Positions 12,100 to 23,591 of a stretch of DNA of 64,000 nt are shown piece by piece. The stretch comes from Selaginella moellendorffii (Eukaryota; Plantae; Lycopodiophyta). The notes under the pieces are model-generated. The model ran no database searches and was not told the origin of the DNA. It worked only from the letters and a program-made list of their open reading frames with translations. The stretch covers positions 3,774,880-3,838,879 of the forward strand of contig NW_003314261.1 of assembly GCF_000143415.4 (NCBI RefSeq), read 5' to 3'. The position numbers and the translations under genes are program-made. Position 1 is the first letter of the stretch, and each line of letters opens with the position of its first letter.

Positions 12100-13756
12100 T
12101 GTAAGCGACTAATTTTTCCATTCTACTTTAGCCACTTAACCACACCTTCGACCACTTGGAGGAATCTCACTCACAACCTCCATAAGTCCTATTTCAGACT
12201 TGGGCTTGTTAGCCCCGAGAATGGCATCCCCGCCACTCAACCTTTGCACTTGGTCCAAGTGCTCCACGTGTCCGATCCCATGACCGACACTCAAAGATAC
12301 CACCGACATAGCAACTTGTTACGCTAAGGCCATGCCCAATCACCTTTGCCGCACTGGTGGTTCAATACCACTTGCATCATAGTCCTACCTCTCCAAGACT
12401 GGGCCAACCATCCATGAGTGGTCACCACAAATCCACTCCTTAGCATCCTTCGGATGCCCACCAAAAAGGAGAACAGCCTTCCCCAATATCCCTCTTTCAG
12501 TCCCAATCAAGTCCCGTCCTACCCATGGCCGTGTTCACCAACACTGCCATTGGGTCAAGGCCCACAAGCCCGACCACTAAGTCCCAATGCCCTCTGGGAC
12601 TTCCTTACCATGTGACTATGTCTTTAGTTAGTATGCTAGAGGTCTGCTCCTCTTCCTTTCCACAGTCTGGGACTTTGGGGCAACATTTCGGAACACCGTG
12701 GCCTTATGCGAGCCACCTGGGTACTCTCCCTACCTTCTACCCTTAGGTGCTCTAGCCATGGGTTTAGAGCGAAGTTCCATTGAGCCACGCCTGGTATCCA
12801 AGTAGGTAGTGCCACCCACACTTGGACTGAGAGCATCGGCCAGTCAATCTCCCGGGGGAACTAGAGCCGACTCTTGGACACTTCACCAAGCTACCCCACT
12901 TGTCGGTCCGTGTTCACTCTAGTCTTAGACTTCCCAGTGGGCAGCTCCTCACCCAACACTGGGTACAGCCTTCCTGGGCCAAACTGGCCTTTCCTAGCCA
13001 AATTGGCTCCACTGCAGTCCTCCCCCTTACTATACTTTTGGAGCTCACCAAACCCCCCAGGGTCTGGGAGACAAATGCTTTGGGCTTTCACCCTCTCAAA
13101 CTCGAACTCGAACTCGGACTTGGACTCGGACTGGGGCTCGGGCTTAGTATCGGCTTTGGCCTCGGTCTCAGTCTCAATCCTGGTCTCGGTCTCGGTCTTG
13201 GTCCATCTTGAACTCCATCTTGGACTCCATCTTGGTCCATCTCGGACTCCGTCTCAATCCATCTCGGGTCCATCTCAGACTCCATCTTGGACTCCATTTC
13301 GGACTCCGTCTCGGTCCATCTTAGGTCCATCTCGAACTCCATCTTAGACTCTATCTCGGACTCCATCTTGGACTCCATCTTAAACTCTATCTCGGACTCC
13401 ATCTTGGACTCCATCTCGGTCCATCTCGAACTCCGTCTCAGTCCATCTCGAGTCCATCTCGGACTCCATCTCAGACTCCATCTCGGACTCCATCTCAGAC
13501 TCCATCTTGGACTCCATCTCGGGCACTCTCACGTGTCATGTGTTCGTCCTTTTGGGTCCCTTTTTTAGAGCCTTGTTTATTGCTCGCTTCGTGCTCATTC
13601 CTCGAGCACTTTGTTGGGAGTTTCACTCCGGCTCTCGACCTATCAAGTTGGAGCTTTTAGTCCAAACGTGTTACGCTTGTTTGGCTTTTGCTTCGGGCAC
13701 TACCACGTGGCACCCTTCCAGCTCCACTTTGGGGCCTAGGGATTTTGTGTCTCACA
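12100..13756 (-). repeat. 5' LTR of outer family A copy
   Basis: Preceded by ctccgataccaagt; ends tctcaca; flanked by cacat (13757-13761), which matches the uninterrupted paralogous site near 32168 and 38188. Confidence 0.9.
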
Positions 13757-14345
13757 CACATACAATGGCACTATAAGGCCCAAGAAAGATTGCGATGTCA
13801 ACATGGAATACCCCAAAAAGAGAACCAAGAAGTAACAGCAGCAGCACAAGCCAAGTAGGCCTAGTGGTGGTGAGAAAGACATAGTGTTGGTGAGTCAAAG
13901 CCCTAGCAGTGACTAGTCATTGCTGGTCAGCAATGAGCTCCAGAGTTTGATTGAGTCTCTCATAGAAGATATGGAAGATGGGCATGTGTCCCAGCACACA
14001 TGTGGCACAAAGGGGGAGGAAGTCCACATGGATTCCAGTGAGGAGGATGAGGATCTCAAGGAATTTGTCAAAGATTTCAAGGTTAATGAGGGGGATCATA
14101 ATGATCTTTTGTTGGGTCTCCATGGAGTGGAAGAAAGCACCGATCCACAACAAGCCCAGGAACCTATACTTAAGCTGGATAGTTTCACCATAGAGCTGGA
14201 GGAGCAAATCAAACTAATGGATGAGGAAGAATGCAACTTTGCCTTAGAATTGGAGGAGGAAATAGAACAAGAAATTGCAACAGCGGGGGGGGGGCAAGCG
14301 ATGCTGGTTTGGAGGGATGAGGTGAGGAAGATCAAGTGTAGGTGA
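13757..14345 (+). pseudogene. 3' part of unknown Cys-rich/acidic gene X (cassette copy 1), split by the family A insertion
   Basis: Homologous to 31938-32758 and 37949-38763; in-frame TAA/TAG stops at Gln positions. Confidence 0.6.
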
Positions 14346-15679
14346 AGACACTAATTTTCACCTTAAATCAGTGCTAATTGATTGGCAAAAATGTAACTTC
14401 CAAGTTTTTGTCTACTACACTTTTCCAGTGAAATTGTCCTATAAAGCTTGCTAAACTCTACATTTCTATGGACGTGGAAACATTGGGTATGGAAAGAAAA
14501 TGCAAACTTAACAAGAAATAGGTGATTCAATTTGGAATGAAGGAGTTGCTAATCAAGGAGGCCATCCAACTCTAAAAACTGCCATAAACATAGCTCCAGC
14601 CACAAACCCTACAGCTAGTGCTTCCAATTGCTCTCTCCTCCAGCTATTGTGCCTTTCCCTCCAATTGCAAATACAATTATTAATATAGTAGTATATAGTG
14701 ATGCATGCATGGACATACATTGAAATGTCAATTATTAAATAGTTGCAACCTAGCCCTATGCTGTTGAGTAGGTGGCTGACTGGGATGCTATGTTAGATAT
14801 GGTCCTAATATGAGCCAATGGTAGATCCCCACCTCCTCAAGCATAAGCAGTATTGCATAATTGACTAATGTCCTCTCAAACATTTTATTGAAGACATTCC
14901 TAGGTTTTGATTATCATCCACATTGCCTTGCAAAAACACAATGAGCTCCTTCTCACATGGCATATGCCTTATAATTAGGTTCGGTAAATTTAAAAATAGA
15001 GGAGAAAATCGTTTCTTTATCTACTCTTTATCTTGATTTTTATTTTTTGCCTACCTCCTAGCAAAGCTCTAAAGATCCAAAGTGCAACCTATTTCCTCTA
15101 GAATTCTTGATGGATCGGTATTAAGAGTTGAGGAAGATGAAGAAACTAGAGGTATTAAGGTTGCAAACAAAGCATTTGCAAGAAAAGTTTTTCAAGAAAT
15201 AATGGTAGACTATTTAAATCCTTTTTTTTCTTTTGGAATTGGAAAGGGCATTCATGTAGCTCAAAATTTTTATAGTTTGCAAATTTCATAACTAATATAT
15301 GTAAGGTAAATGGGACATCCATTCCTATAGTTCTTTATAAAAGTTAATAGGACTTTTAGATGAGTCTTGTATGTTCCAAAAATATTAAAACATCTTATTT
15401 CTATGCCAAAAATTTTCAATGATGGCATTTTTGTCTTTTTTCACCATGGTGATAGTGTTGGCTTTATTTTTCTTAATATGGTAATTGCATCAAGTTTTAT
15501 TAAAGACAATCTATACTATTTAAAGTTAAAAGTAGGTCTCGATTAATTTAGATTATGTCAAACTTTAGCTTTCATGGACTTGAAATATTTTATATGGGAA
15601 TTAGAATGCCACAATTATGTATAAAGAATATTGATGGATGTGAAGAATATTTTTTAGAAAAATGATACGCAGGTGCTAT

Positions 15680-15890
15680 TATCGATCCTGTTCTTGCTGT
15701 GATCGTCCATGCCGTTGCGTGTACATGTGGAGCAGCGCATTGCAGAGGAAGACGTCGGTGGAGAGGCCATGGCTCCAGATTCTTGCTCCTGCCGCAATGC
15801 GATCGAGCTCTTGCTCCTGGTGGCGATCAATCGGCAGGACAGGCGCTAGCATTGCCCAAAATCCTCTTACCTCCTAGCTAGGGTTCATTT
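15680..15890 (-). pseudogene. N-terminal fragment of a PPR gene paralog, divergent from kinase copy 1
   Basis: Blocks match 18240-18470 (cagcgcattgcagaggaag...ggagaggccatggctccagat; gcgatcaatcggcaggacaggcgct) with internal deletions. Confidence 0.75.
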
Positions 15891-16263
15891 TTGAAGGAAA
15901 ATTGGCGCCCACCGTCGAGGGACGACTTCCGGGAGATGGAAGCTTCGGAAGTTTCGGCATTACGTGGATGGTTTTGTCTCAAGGTGCTAGCAGCGAATCA
16001 ACTTGGAGAGAACACCTTCAGGCTGGAGTCATCCCTGGATTCCCGAGGAAAAAATATCGGCTTGGGACGCAGTGAAAAATGATGAGAAACTGAAATGCAG
16101 TCCTTGTTTATGGATTCACAGATACACATCCTCGGCAGTTTTTCCTCAAGTGGTTGCTACTTTCGTTGGTGGAAATATAGAAAACACAGCGCATTGTCGC
16201 CGTCGATCAAACACCATCTCAGCCGTTAGAAAAAGCTAGGGTTTGTTTCTAACAAAGCTTGTC

Positions 16264-17202
16264 ATGATGGCGGTGGTAAGTGAGTTTAGCGAGGAAGATT
16301 GCAAAGAGCTTCTCAGCATTCATATGTTGGGGCAGCGAGGTTTCGAGAAAGGTAGGACGCTGGGGTGTGGCGGCCAGGGGCATGTATTCGTGCTCCACAA
16401 TCTGGACGGTCACAAGTCATATGCAGCCAAGGCATTTCGATCAGGGAGCGACGCTGAGAGAGAAGTTGGGATCATGGCCAAGCTCCGGGGCTGCCCTGGA
16501 GTTGTCTCCTTCAAAGATTTCATCAAGGAGAGAGATGGAGGACAGTGTTTTGGGAGTATTATTATGGAACTATGTGGATCTAGTCTTGCTGATCGCTTGC
16601 GCGTTTCCGGGCAGATGAGCGAAGAAGAAGCAGCTCAGATTATCAAGCAGCTGGCAGAGACCCTCAAGGAGATGCATTCGAGAGGCATAGTTCACCGGGA
16701 TCTCAAGCCGGGCAACATCCTTTTCAAGCTAGACGCGCGCGACAAAGTGGTGATTAGTGACTTTGGTATTGCCACAGACGACCCTGAGGAGATGTCGCAG
16801 TACTGTGGCACGGCAAAGTACATGGCACCCGAGGTGGCAGAGAACAAGGATGGGAGCTTCTACACAGCAGCTATCGACGTGTGGGGACTTGGAGCGATTT
16901 TATACGAGATGCTGGGAAAGGGAGGATATCAGCCGAGTGAAGCATTTGATCGTGTGCGACAGGGGGCATCCCCGGTTGGTCCTTTCTCGTTTGTAGCGGA
17001 GGATCTCCTTGAGAAGATGCTGGCTGTGGATCCGAAACAAAGGCTGACAGTCGATCAGGTTCTACAACACCCATGGATTGTCAAGCTTTGCAGAAGCAGC
17101 AGCAGTAAGATCTACAGGACGTGGAGGAGGCCCTGTGGTGCGAAAAGGAGTGCTCCTGGCCTCGACAAGGACTTGGTCGTGAAGAAAGTTCGAGCGGCTT
17201 AA
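16264..17202 (+). CDS. Intronless Ser/Thr protein kinase, CAMK-group-like (copy 1)
   Basis: LGCGGQG loop, AAK Lys, HRDLKPGN, DFG, GTAKYMAPE, DVWGLG, PKQRLT; first ATG at 16264; open frame. Confidence 0.9.
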   Translation: MMAVVSEFSEEDCKELLSIHMLGQRGFEKGRTLGCGGQGHVFVLHNLDGHKSYAAKAFRSGSDAEREVGIMAKLRGCPGVVSFKDFIKERDGGQCFGSIIMELCGSSLADRLRVSGQMSEEEAAQIIKQLAETLKEMHSRGIVHRDLKPGNILFKLDARDKVVISDFGIATDDPEEMSQYCGTAKYMAPEVAENKDGSFYTAAIDVWGLGAILYEMLGKGGYQPSEAFDRVRQGASPVGPFSFVAEDLLEKMLAVDPKQRLTVDQVLQHPWIVKLCRSSSSKIYRTWRRPCGAKRSAPGLDKDLVVKKVRAA

Positions 17203-17561
17203 AAGTGGCAGCAGTCAGTCCGGTAAGCACACTTGCCATTTCCTATTTCTCCTATTCGCAGTTACTAACTTCATTTGCTTGGGTTCGTTTTTGTATCCTC
17301 CGGACATCATCGACATCTCTCGTGTCTCTGTGTGGAAATACGTTTTTGGTGGCTGCCGAGAACAATCATGGAACAAAAACGAGATCCAAGCAAATGCCGA
17401 GATAGATGCAAACGTGTTACACACGAAGCTATGCCGCTCTTCTTTAAGAAACAAGGGAAGTCTTCCCTCAAGAAAGAATTAAAAAAGTCCATCCATATAT
17501 AAATCGAGAATGGCTATTGATCACTGCTAATCTAACAATTTCTTGAAATCATTGTGGAACT

Positions 17562-18474
17562 TCATATCTTGAGATCAGTCGGGAAGGAAGAGTCCGCTTG
17601 ATCCATGCTTTTGCATACGACTGGCAGGACACCACATCGCGCTGGGGAATTCGATCGACGGCTGCTCTCGCGAGGAAGCTGGTAGGCCGTGCATGACACG
17701 AAGACGTGCTTGCTCGATTGTCCGCGAACGCTTGGATCATCACAAGGCCGGCAGCTTGCGCTTTCTCCAAACGCCCGCTCATGTCCGGGATACCACGAAT
17801 CAAACACCTTCTTGACCAACGCATCATGGGCGCATCCATCGATGATCGTGTTCCAGGAGACGAAGTTCCTGGCCGGCATCCGGAAGAACATCGCCTGCAC
17901 TACCTGGAGATTCCCATTCTGGGCATATGCAGTGATCATCACGTTCCAGGTGACGGGATCTCCCTCCCGCATCGCCCAGAACATCGCTCTGGAGTCCTCT
18001 TCCTTGCCATCCTTCGCCAGCGCCAGGAGGACTGCAGTGGATTTGAGGAAAGTCCAGCGCGGAAGGAGATCAAAGACACGCCTTGCGTGCTCAAGATCCC
18101 CGATCTTAACAAATGCGCCGATGAGGCAACTCCACGCCACGGAATCTCTGCCGCCGGGGATGCGATCGAAGAGATTGTTGGCGTCCCAGGGCCTGCCGTT
18201 GTGCGCGTAGACGGTGAGCATCGTGATCCAGGAGAACCTGCTCTTGCTGTGATCGTCCATGCCGTCCAAGATCTCCCGCGCCTCGCCGACGCTGCCGCAT
18301 TCGCCATACATGTAGAGCAGCGCATTGCAGAGGAAGATGTCGGTGGAGAGGCCATGGCTCCAGATCTGGGCGTGCACGGGTGCAAGAACGCACTAGCTGG
18401 ACGAATTCTTGGTCCTCAATCGAGCTCTTGCGATCAATCGGCAGGACAGGCGCTGGCATTGCCGCATTCTTCAT
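17562..18474 (-). pseudogene. PLS-class pentatricopeptide repeat gene, frameshifted and truncated (copy 1)
   Basis: FLCNALLYMYGECGSVGEAR, SWITMLTVYAHNG, VTWNVMITAYAQNG, MPARNFVSWN motifs; N-terminus (ATG 18474) is in another frame; no E/DYW domain. Confidence 0.8.
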
Positions 18475-18589
18475 TTTTAACGTTTGGCTATGGAGGAAAA
18501 TTGACGCCCACCGTCGAGGGAGAAAGTAAGCCTTCTGGCAGGTTTCTCCAGGGATTGTGCGAGCATTAGAGCGATGGAATCCAGCCACT

Positions 18590-19420
18590 GGCGGTGTCGA
18601 GCATCTTAAGGTGAGGATTTTCGTGTTCTAGAGCAGGGATTAGACCTCTTCTCAAGGAAATCGTAGGAGAACCTCTAGTGTAAGCAATGGTGAGCAGCAA
18701 TCAAACTCAACGGGCTGTGGCTCGCCCGTTAACTCGATCCAGCCGTTGGCAGCGGTCGGATTGAGTCAGGTTCTGATGGCTCTACGTTCTTCAGTGATAT
18801 TAGAAGCCATGAATAAGTTTGTATTTTTTCTTTGATTTCTTCTCTTTTGTTCTTAACTTGTTCTTCCTTAGGTGGCATTGCCTTTGAGAGAATATCTAGA
18901 CATTGTTTTGTCACCTGGAGAGCACAACGATCACTTTTATCTGGCACAGGTTATGATTTACTCTTGTTCTTCGTGTTGCTGATATTAAAGATTTCACTGC
19001 AGGTTCCTATACGCGTGAAAGGCTCAACCGAGAAACCTCAGCTCGCTTCTCTGGAATCCGAAATCTCCATGGTATCATATTTTCACACCTGGCAAGTTTC
19101 TTGAGGACTGTCCACTTCGGGCTGGTAGTCAACGTCCAGAGAGGTGACCGAATGATGCTCAAGCAAAAGCTTTTGGACCATGTTGAGGGACTTATCCAGC
19201 AGCAGGAGATTGACAAAGGGAAAGACTTCTTGAGCTTGAAGTTTCTCTTCAGCCTTCAGTTCTTTGGAGATGAGGCTGCTCCAATCAAGCTGCAGGGCAA
19301 GAAGATGAGTGAAGTAATGGTCTAAACTTTTTTAACATGAACTTCTTTCCAGGACTTCTAACAAACTCTCAAGAGCATCCAGTTTGTGTAGAAGATACCC
19401 TTGGCCACGATCAAATGGAA
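18590..19420 (+). pseudogene. Multi-exon fragment of an unidentified gene Z (copy 1)
   Basis: Short GT-AG segments (e.g. cacag|gttatg...ctgcag, ~18950-19003); paralog at 36660-37720; product not recognised. Confidence 0.3.
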
Positions 19421-22400
19421 AGTTCCAAGGGATGCATTAAATTCTTATATATGTAATTACGTTTAGCTAGTTTTCTTCTTGTAATTAATAAACTTCCCAA
19501 ACATGAAGTCAACGATTGTGATGATGCCTTCCAACAATTGCATTATCTTTGTCAAGGAACATTTGAGTTGGTAATGTAATTTGGCATTTGTTTCCAGAGC
19601 CTTTTGCTTCATGTGGAGCTAAATATGTTAGAGCAGATCAAGCTGAGAATGTTGTGGCCAACACTTCATTAAAATCTTGTAGGACTTATGTATGCACATG
19701 CTCTAACCACCCTTGACGATGCTTTTGGCTTGTAATAATATTATGAGATGTTGCCTCTTCCACTTCTCGCTACACATCCTTTAGCTTTACCTCCAAAAGA
19801 AATATGAAAAGGTTATTGACTTATTCGTGCAAGGTCCATCCGTTATTTGTGCAATTCCTTGTTTTCCAGATGCATTTTAGTGTCCAAACCTTCCATTGCA
19901 ATAGTATCAACAGGACATTGTTGATGCCAAGATCTCCACCCAAGAAATGGAGGTTACCAATCTAAAAAACTCTTACAACACCGATAAGTGTGACCAACTT
20001 CATCACATGCTCAACAGTGAACATCACGGCCACGACCACGTCCTCACCCTTGTCTTTGAATTCAAGTAGCAAAAGTATCAACTTCCATTAGAACAGAACC
20101 ATCTCCCACAGGATATCATCAAAGTGTTCACTTGGCACCAATTCATCTAATATTTACTTTTCAAGTTCGTTTTTATAATAAGAGATCTCTTATTATTCTC
20201 TCCATATTGGTTGATATAGGTTTAAGTTTATCTTCTATTGCTTGACCTATTGCCACACATTCCCATCTACATTTGTATTGTATAATAAAGCTAGTTTTCA
20301 TTCTTTATGGCAATGGCCGTACCCATGCATATGCATGAGATGAGACAAACTTTGTTATGCGTGTGGGCAATCTTGAGTTTGGGTTGCAATCATTGTGGGT
20401 GGTGCTTAGTCAAGCTTTTGACCTCATCCTTGGTATGGATTGGTTGTAGCGCAATCATGCCAAGTGTGACTTTGAAGCTTCTCCCCCTTATTTTATACTT
20501 CTTCATATTTCATTCATTCCTCTCACTTTTGTATTTTTTTGTCTCTTTACTTTTACTTTTGCTTCTATTACTTTTGTCTTCCCATTATTTCTTCCTATAT
20601 TTTTATTTTGTTCTGCTCTTCCTTTTTCCGATCCCTCCAATGGTCTTTGTGTTATAGCAGTTAATCGACTCATGAAGGAGTGTGCCGATCACTTTGAATT
20701 TGACCTCTCATCTGGGGCCAACATTGCCACACATCATCTGATTCTAACTAGGGATGCTTGTCTAATCAAGGTTCATATTTATTGTCGATCATCCAAAGAG
20801 ATCAAGATTTTATATGCAAACATCAAAGAAATATTGGAAAAGGGTGTTATTCGAAAATCACAAAGTTCTTAAGCATATGAACTTCATTTTGTGATGAAGT
20901 CTAATTTTTCTACATTGACTATCATCCATTAAATGAAGTGACAATCCCAGATGTGTACCCTCTTCCTCACACTATTGATCCTAGGATCATCTAGGGAGAA
21001 GTCATTAGTTCATCAAGCTAGATTTTGCTTTTAGGTACTAGTAAGTATCGATGGCTGAAGAAGATATTCTTAAGACTACTTTTCATACACTATTTAATTT
21101 ATACGAGTTTTTAGTGATGCCGTTTTATTTGAGCAATGTGTAAGCCACAAATTTTTCCTTTCCAATTTGCCAGCTTACCTCGTCTATCCGGCCAACTCTG
21201 CCTTGGCTTGTGCTAAGTTCCCTAGCCAAGGTCCTCGCCTATGGTACCAGCTCCTACTTGGTCCTACTTGGTTTCAGCTACTCACTGCACGAGCAACTGA
21301 GTGTTAACCATCCATCTACGGATTCCCAAATCTCTCCCAATCCCCCTCCCCGGGTTAGACTAGACTTAAGGTTTGGCTACACTCCCTGCAGGCACAAGCA
21401 GCCAAGCACACCAAGCCTCTAGATTCCTAACACCCCTTGGTACCACAAGACTTGATCATGGGACCCTCTAAATCCCAAGCCTTGGGTGTGGCACTTGCTT
21501 CGGGACGTCAGGGCGAAACACCATGGCCTAACAGCCCAGTATGGGTACCTCTACCCCTCCACTTCCATCCCGAAGGGAAGGCCCAAGCCCCTAAGAAGGG
21601 CGAAGACCAATGAGCCACAAGGTACTCAAGTGGGGCACCACTCCACATGAGCCAGGAGCACCGCAGTCGGTTTCCCTTTTGGGAGTGGGAGCTGCTCTTG
21701 AGCACTTCCCTGGGTGGCCCCTCCGGCACCACCCAATCCCATGCTCACTCCCACCCAAGGCCCCTCAGCCCCAGTCTCAACCTCAAGTCAATTTGGAAGC
21801 ATCACTGGAGAGTTCCTTCAAGACTGGTTCTTGGACCTCACTATCCCTACTATACTTTTGGAACCCCCTACAGCCCCCCCCGCCCCCCCCTGGGAGATGC
21901 ACACTTTGGGCTTTCACCCCTTGAGTTGTATTAGTATTTGGACTTAGTCTCAGAATCGATCTCGGACTCGATCTCAAACCCGACTTCGGACTCGACCTTG
22001 GACTCGGTCTCGGACTCGATCTCGGACCCGATCTCGGACTCGACTTCGGATTCGACCTTGGACTCGGTCTCGGACCCGATTTGGATCTCGGACTCTGTCT
22101 CAAACTCGGTCTCGAACTCGGTCTCCGATTCGGCCTCGGCTCGATCCCGGACTCTATCTCGAACTCGGTCTCTGAGTCGGTCTTGGACTCGATCTTCGAC
22201 TCGGTCCCATCCGATGAACTCTTTGTCATTTCGGTCATGCTTTCGGGGATCCTTTAGCCTACGACATCTTGGGGAGTCGGTTCCTTACAACTCCACCACC
22301 CATAGAAGAAGTTCAATGCCCACATCGAACATCTCTTTTTATCCTACGACTTGTTGACCATGTCTCCGGGGGCATCCCCCCACTTAGCGGTGTGCCTAAG

Positions 22401-23074
22401 TTAGCCTCCCCGGCCAAGAGCTCATGACAACAGCGTATAGGTGTCCCTATACTCCTCACCTCACCACACCCTAGTATAGGGTCGAGACTTGAACCCAGCC
22501 TTGCTTTACTAGGGGGTTGGGACTTGAACCCAACCTCCGTAGAATACATTTACGGATTTGACATCCCCGCGGGGAGTCGGGCGTAGTGCCCTATGCCTGG
22601 TCGACCTAGCTAACCCATGCTAATTAGCTTACCTTTGGCATGCCTTCGGGTCCCAACACATGCCTCTTGCTCAACTTCGCAAATTGATATTTTTAATTGA
22701 ATTTTGCATAAGTACATAGAGTTCTGCCTTGCAGAAATTCCTCTACTAGATCTTGCGCATTCGCTAGGTTCTCCTCCGATTCCCATGTTGCTTCGCAGTG
22801 TGGAAATCCTTTCCACTTCACATGGAACTCTCTCACCTCGCGTTCTTGTCGCTTGCTCTTGCGCGCATTGAGGATGGCCTCGACTTCGTATTCCTCTTCC
22901 CCTTGGATAACCTCAGGTAAAGGTCTCACTTGGTCCTTGCGAAGCGGATCCTCAAAGTACGGCTTGAGTAAGTTCATGTGAAACACTGGGTGCATCTTCC
23001 CCATTTCTCGAGGAAGTCGGAGTCAGTAAGCCACTTTACCGATTCGTGCCTCAATCTCATAAGGCCCCGCGAAG

Positions 23075-23126
23075 TTGCTTACGGAACTCAAGATCAATTC
23101 ATTTTCAGGAATACATGCATTTTTAC
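23075..23126 (-). other. Putative spliceosomal intron 2 (52 nt) in family B integrase; acceptor mutated to CAA in this copy
   Basis: caaag|GTAAAA...; removal restores RKLTQ.FAGPYEI; AG acceptor intact in the second copy. Confidence 0.75.
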
Positions 23127-23544
23127 CTTTGGGTCAACTTTCGGTTGATCCCACTTGGTAGCTTGAGGTTCTTAGTGTTCAACCACACCTTCTCCCCAGC
23201 TTAGAACTCTACATCCCGACACTTCTGGTTTGCGTATTTGGTTTGCTTTTGTTGAGCCCGTTCCAAGGAATCCCTCACTAGATTCCAAATGCTAAGTCTT
23301 TCCGCCGTGAATGCCTCCACTGTGGGTAACTCTCCATGATACTTGGCCACGCCGAGTTCCACAGGACCTTCAATAGCTCACCCATTGATGACTTCCCATG
23401 GACTCACCCCGAAACTCGAATATGGTGAGTTGTTATAACACATTTTCGCAAGTCCTAAATGACTTACCCAATCAGTCTGGTCTCCCGAGACATAGCATCG
23501 CAAATAATCCTCTAGCTGCCTATTCACCCTTTCTATTTGTCCAT

Positions 23545-23591
23545 CTGTCAAGAAGTGTTAGTGCCAACAAACTTGACTTAATACCCCATAC
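23545..23591 (-). other. Putative spliceosomal intron 1 (47 nt) in family B integrase
   Basis: cagacag|GTATGG...CTAAC...ttgaCAG|atgga; removal restores PQTDGQ.ERVN. Confidence 0.85.

Larger units (their letters stand above)
1..13756 (-). mobile_element. Family A LTR retrotransposon, outer copy (non-autonomous, LARD-like Ty3/gypsy derivative); left end is outside the window; interrupted by a second family A copy
   Basis: 3' LTR ends ...tgtgtctcaca at 575, followed by the PPT complement actccaccaccc (576-587). PBS complement ctccgatacca precedes the 5' LTR (12100-13756). No intact pol ORF. Confidence 0.9.

Noticed and set aside
17706-18569. 287-aa plus-strand ORF (and its copy at 35782-36645)
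   Set aside because: Antisense shadow of the GC-rich PPR coding sequence; no recognisable domain
20307-20657. 116-aa membrane-protein-like ORF
   Set aside because: Out-of-frame reading of the family D protease remnant plus a C-to-T-decayed low-complexity spacer
22481-22535. Intact tRNA gene or SINE
   Set aside because: Only T-arm-like hairpins; no acceptor stem, D arm, anticodon arm, tail or TSD
22675-22727. Possible third (GC-AG, 53 nt) intron after the family B chromodomain
   Set aside because: AT-rich and intron-sized, but the donor (AG|GCAGAA) is weak and no conserved protein motif is restored by removing it
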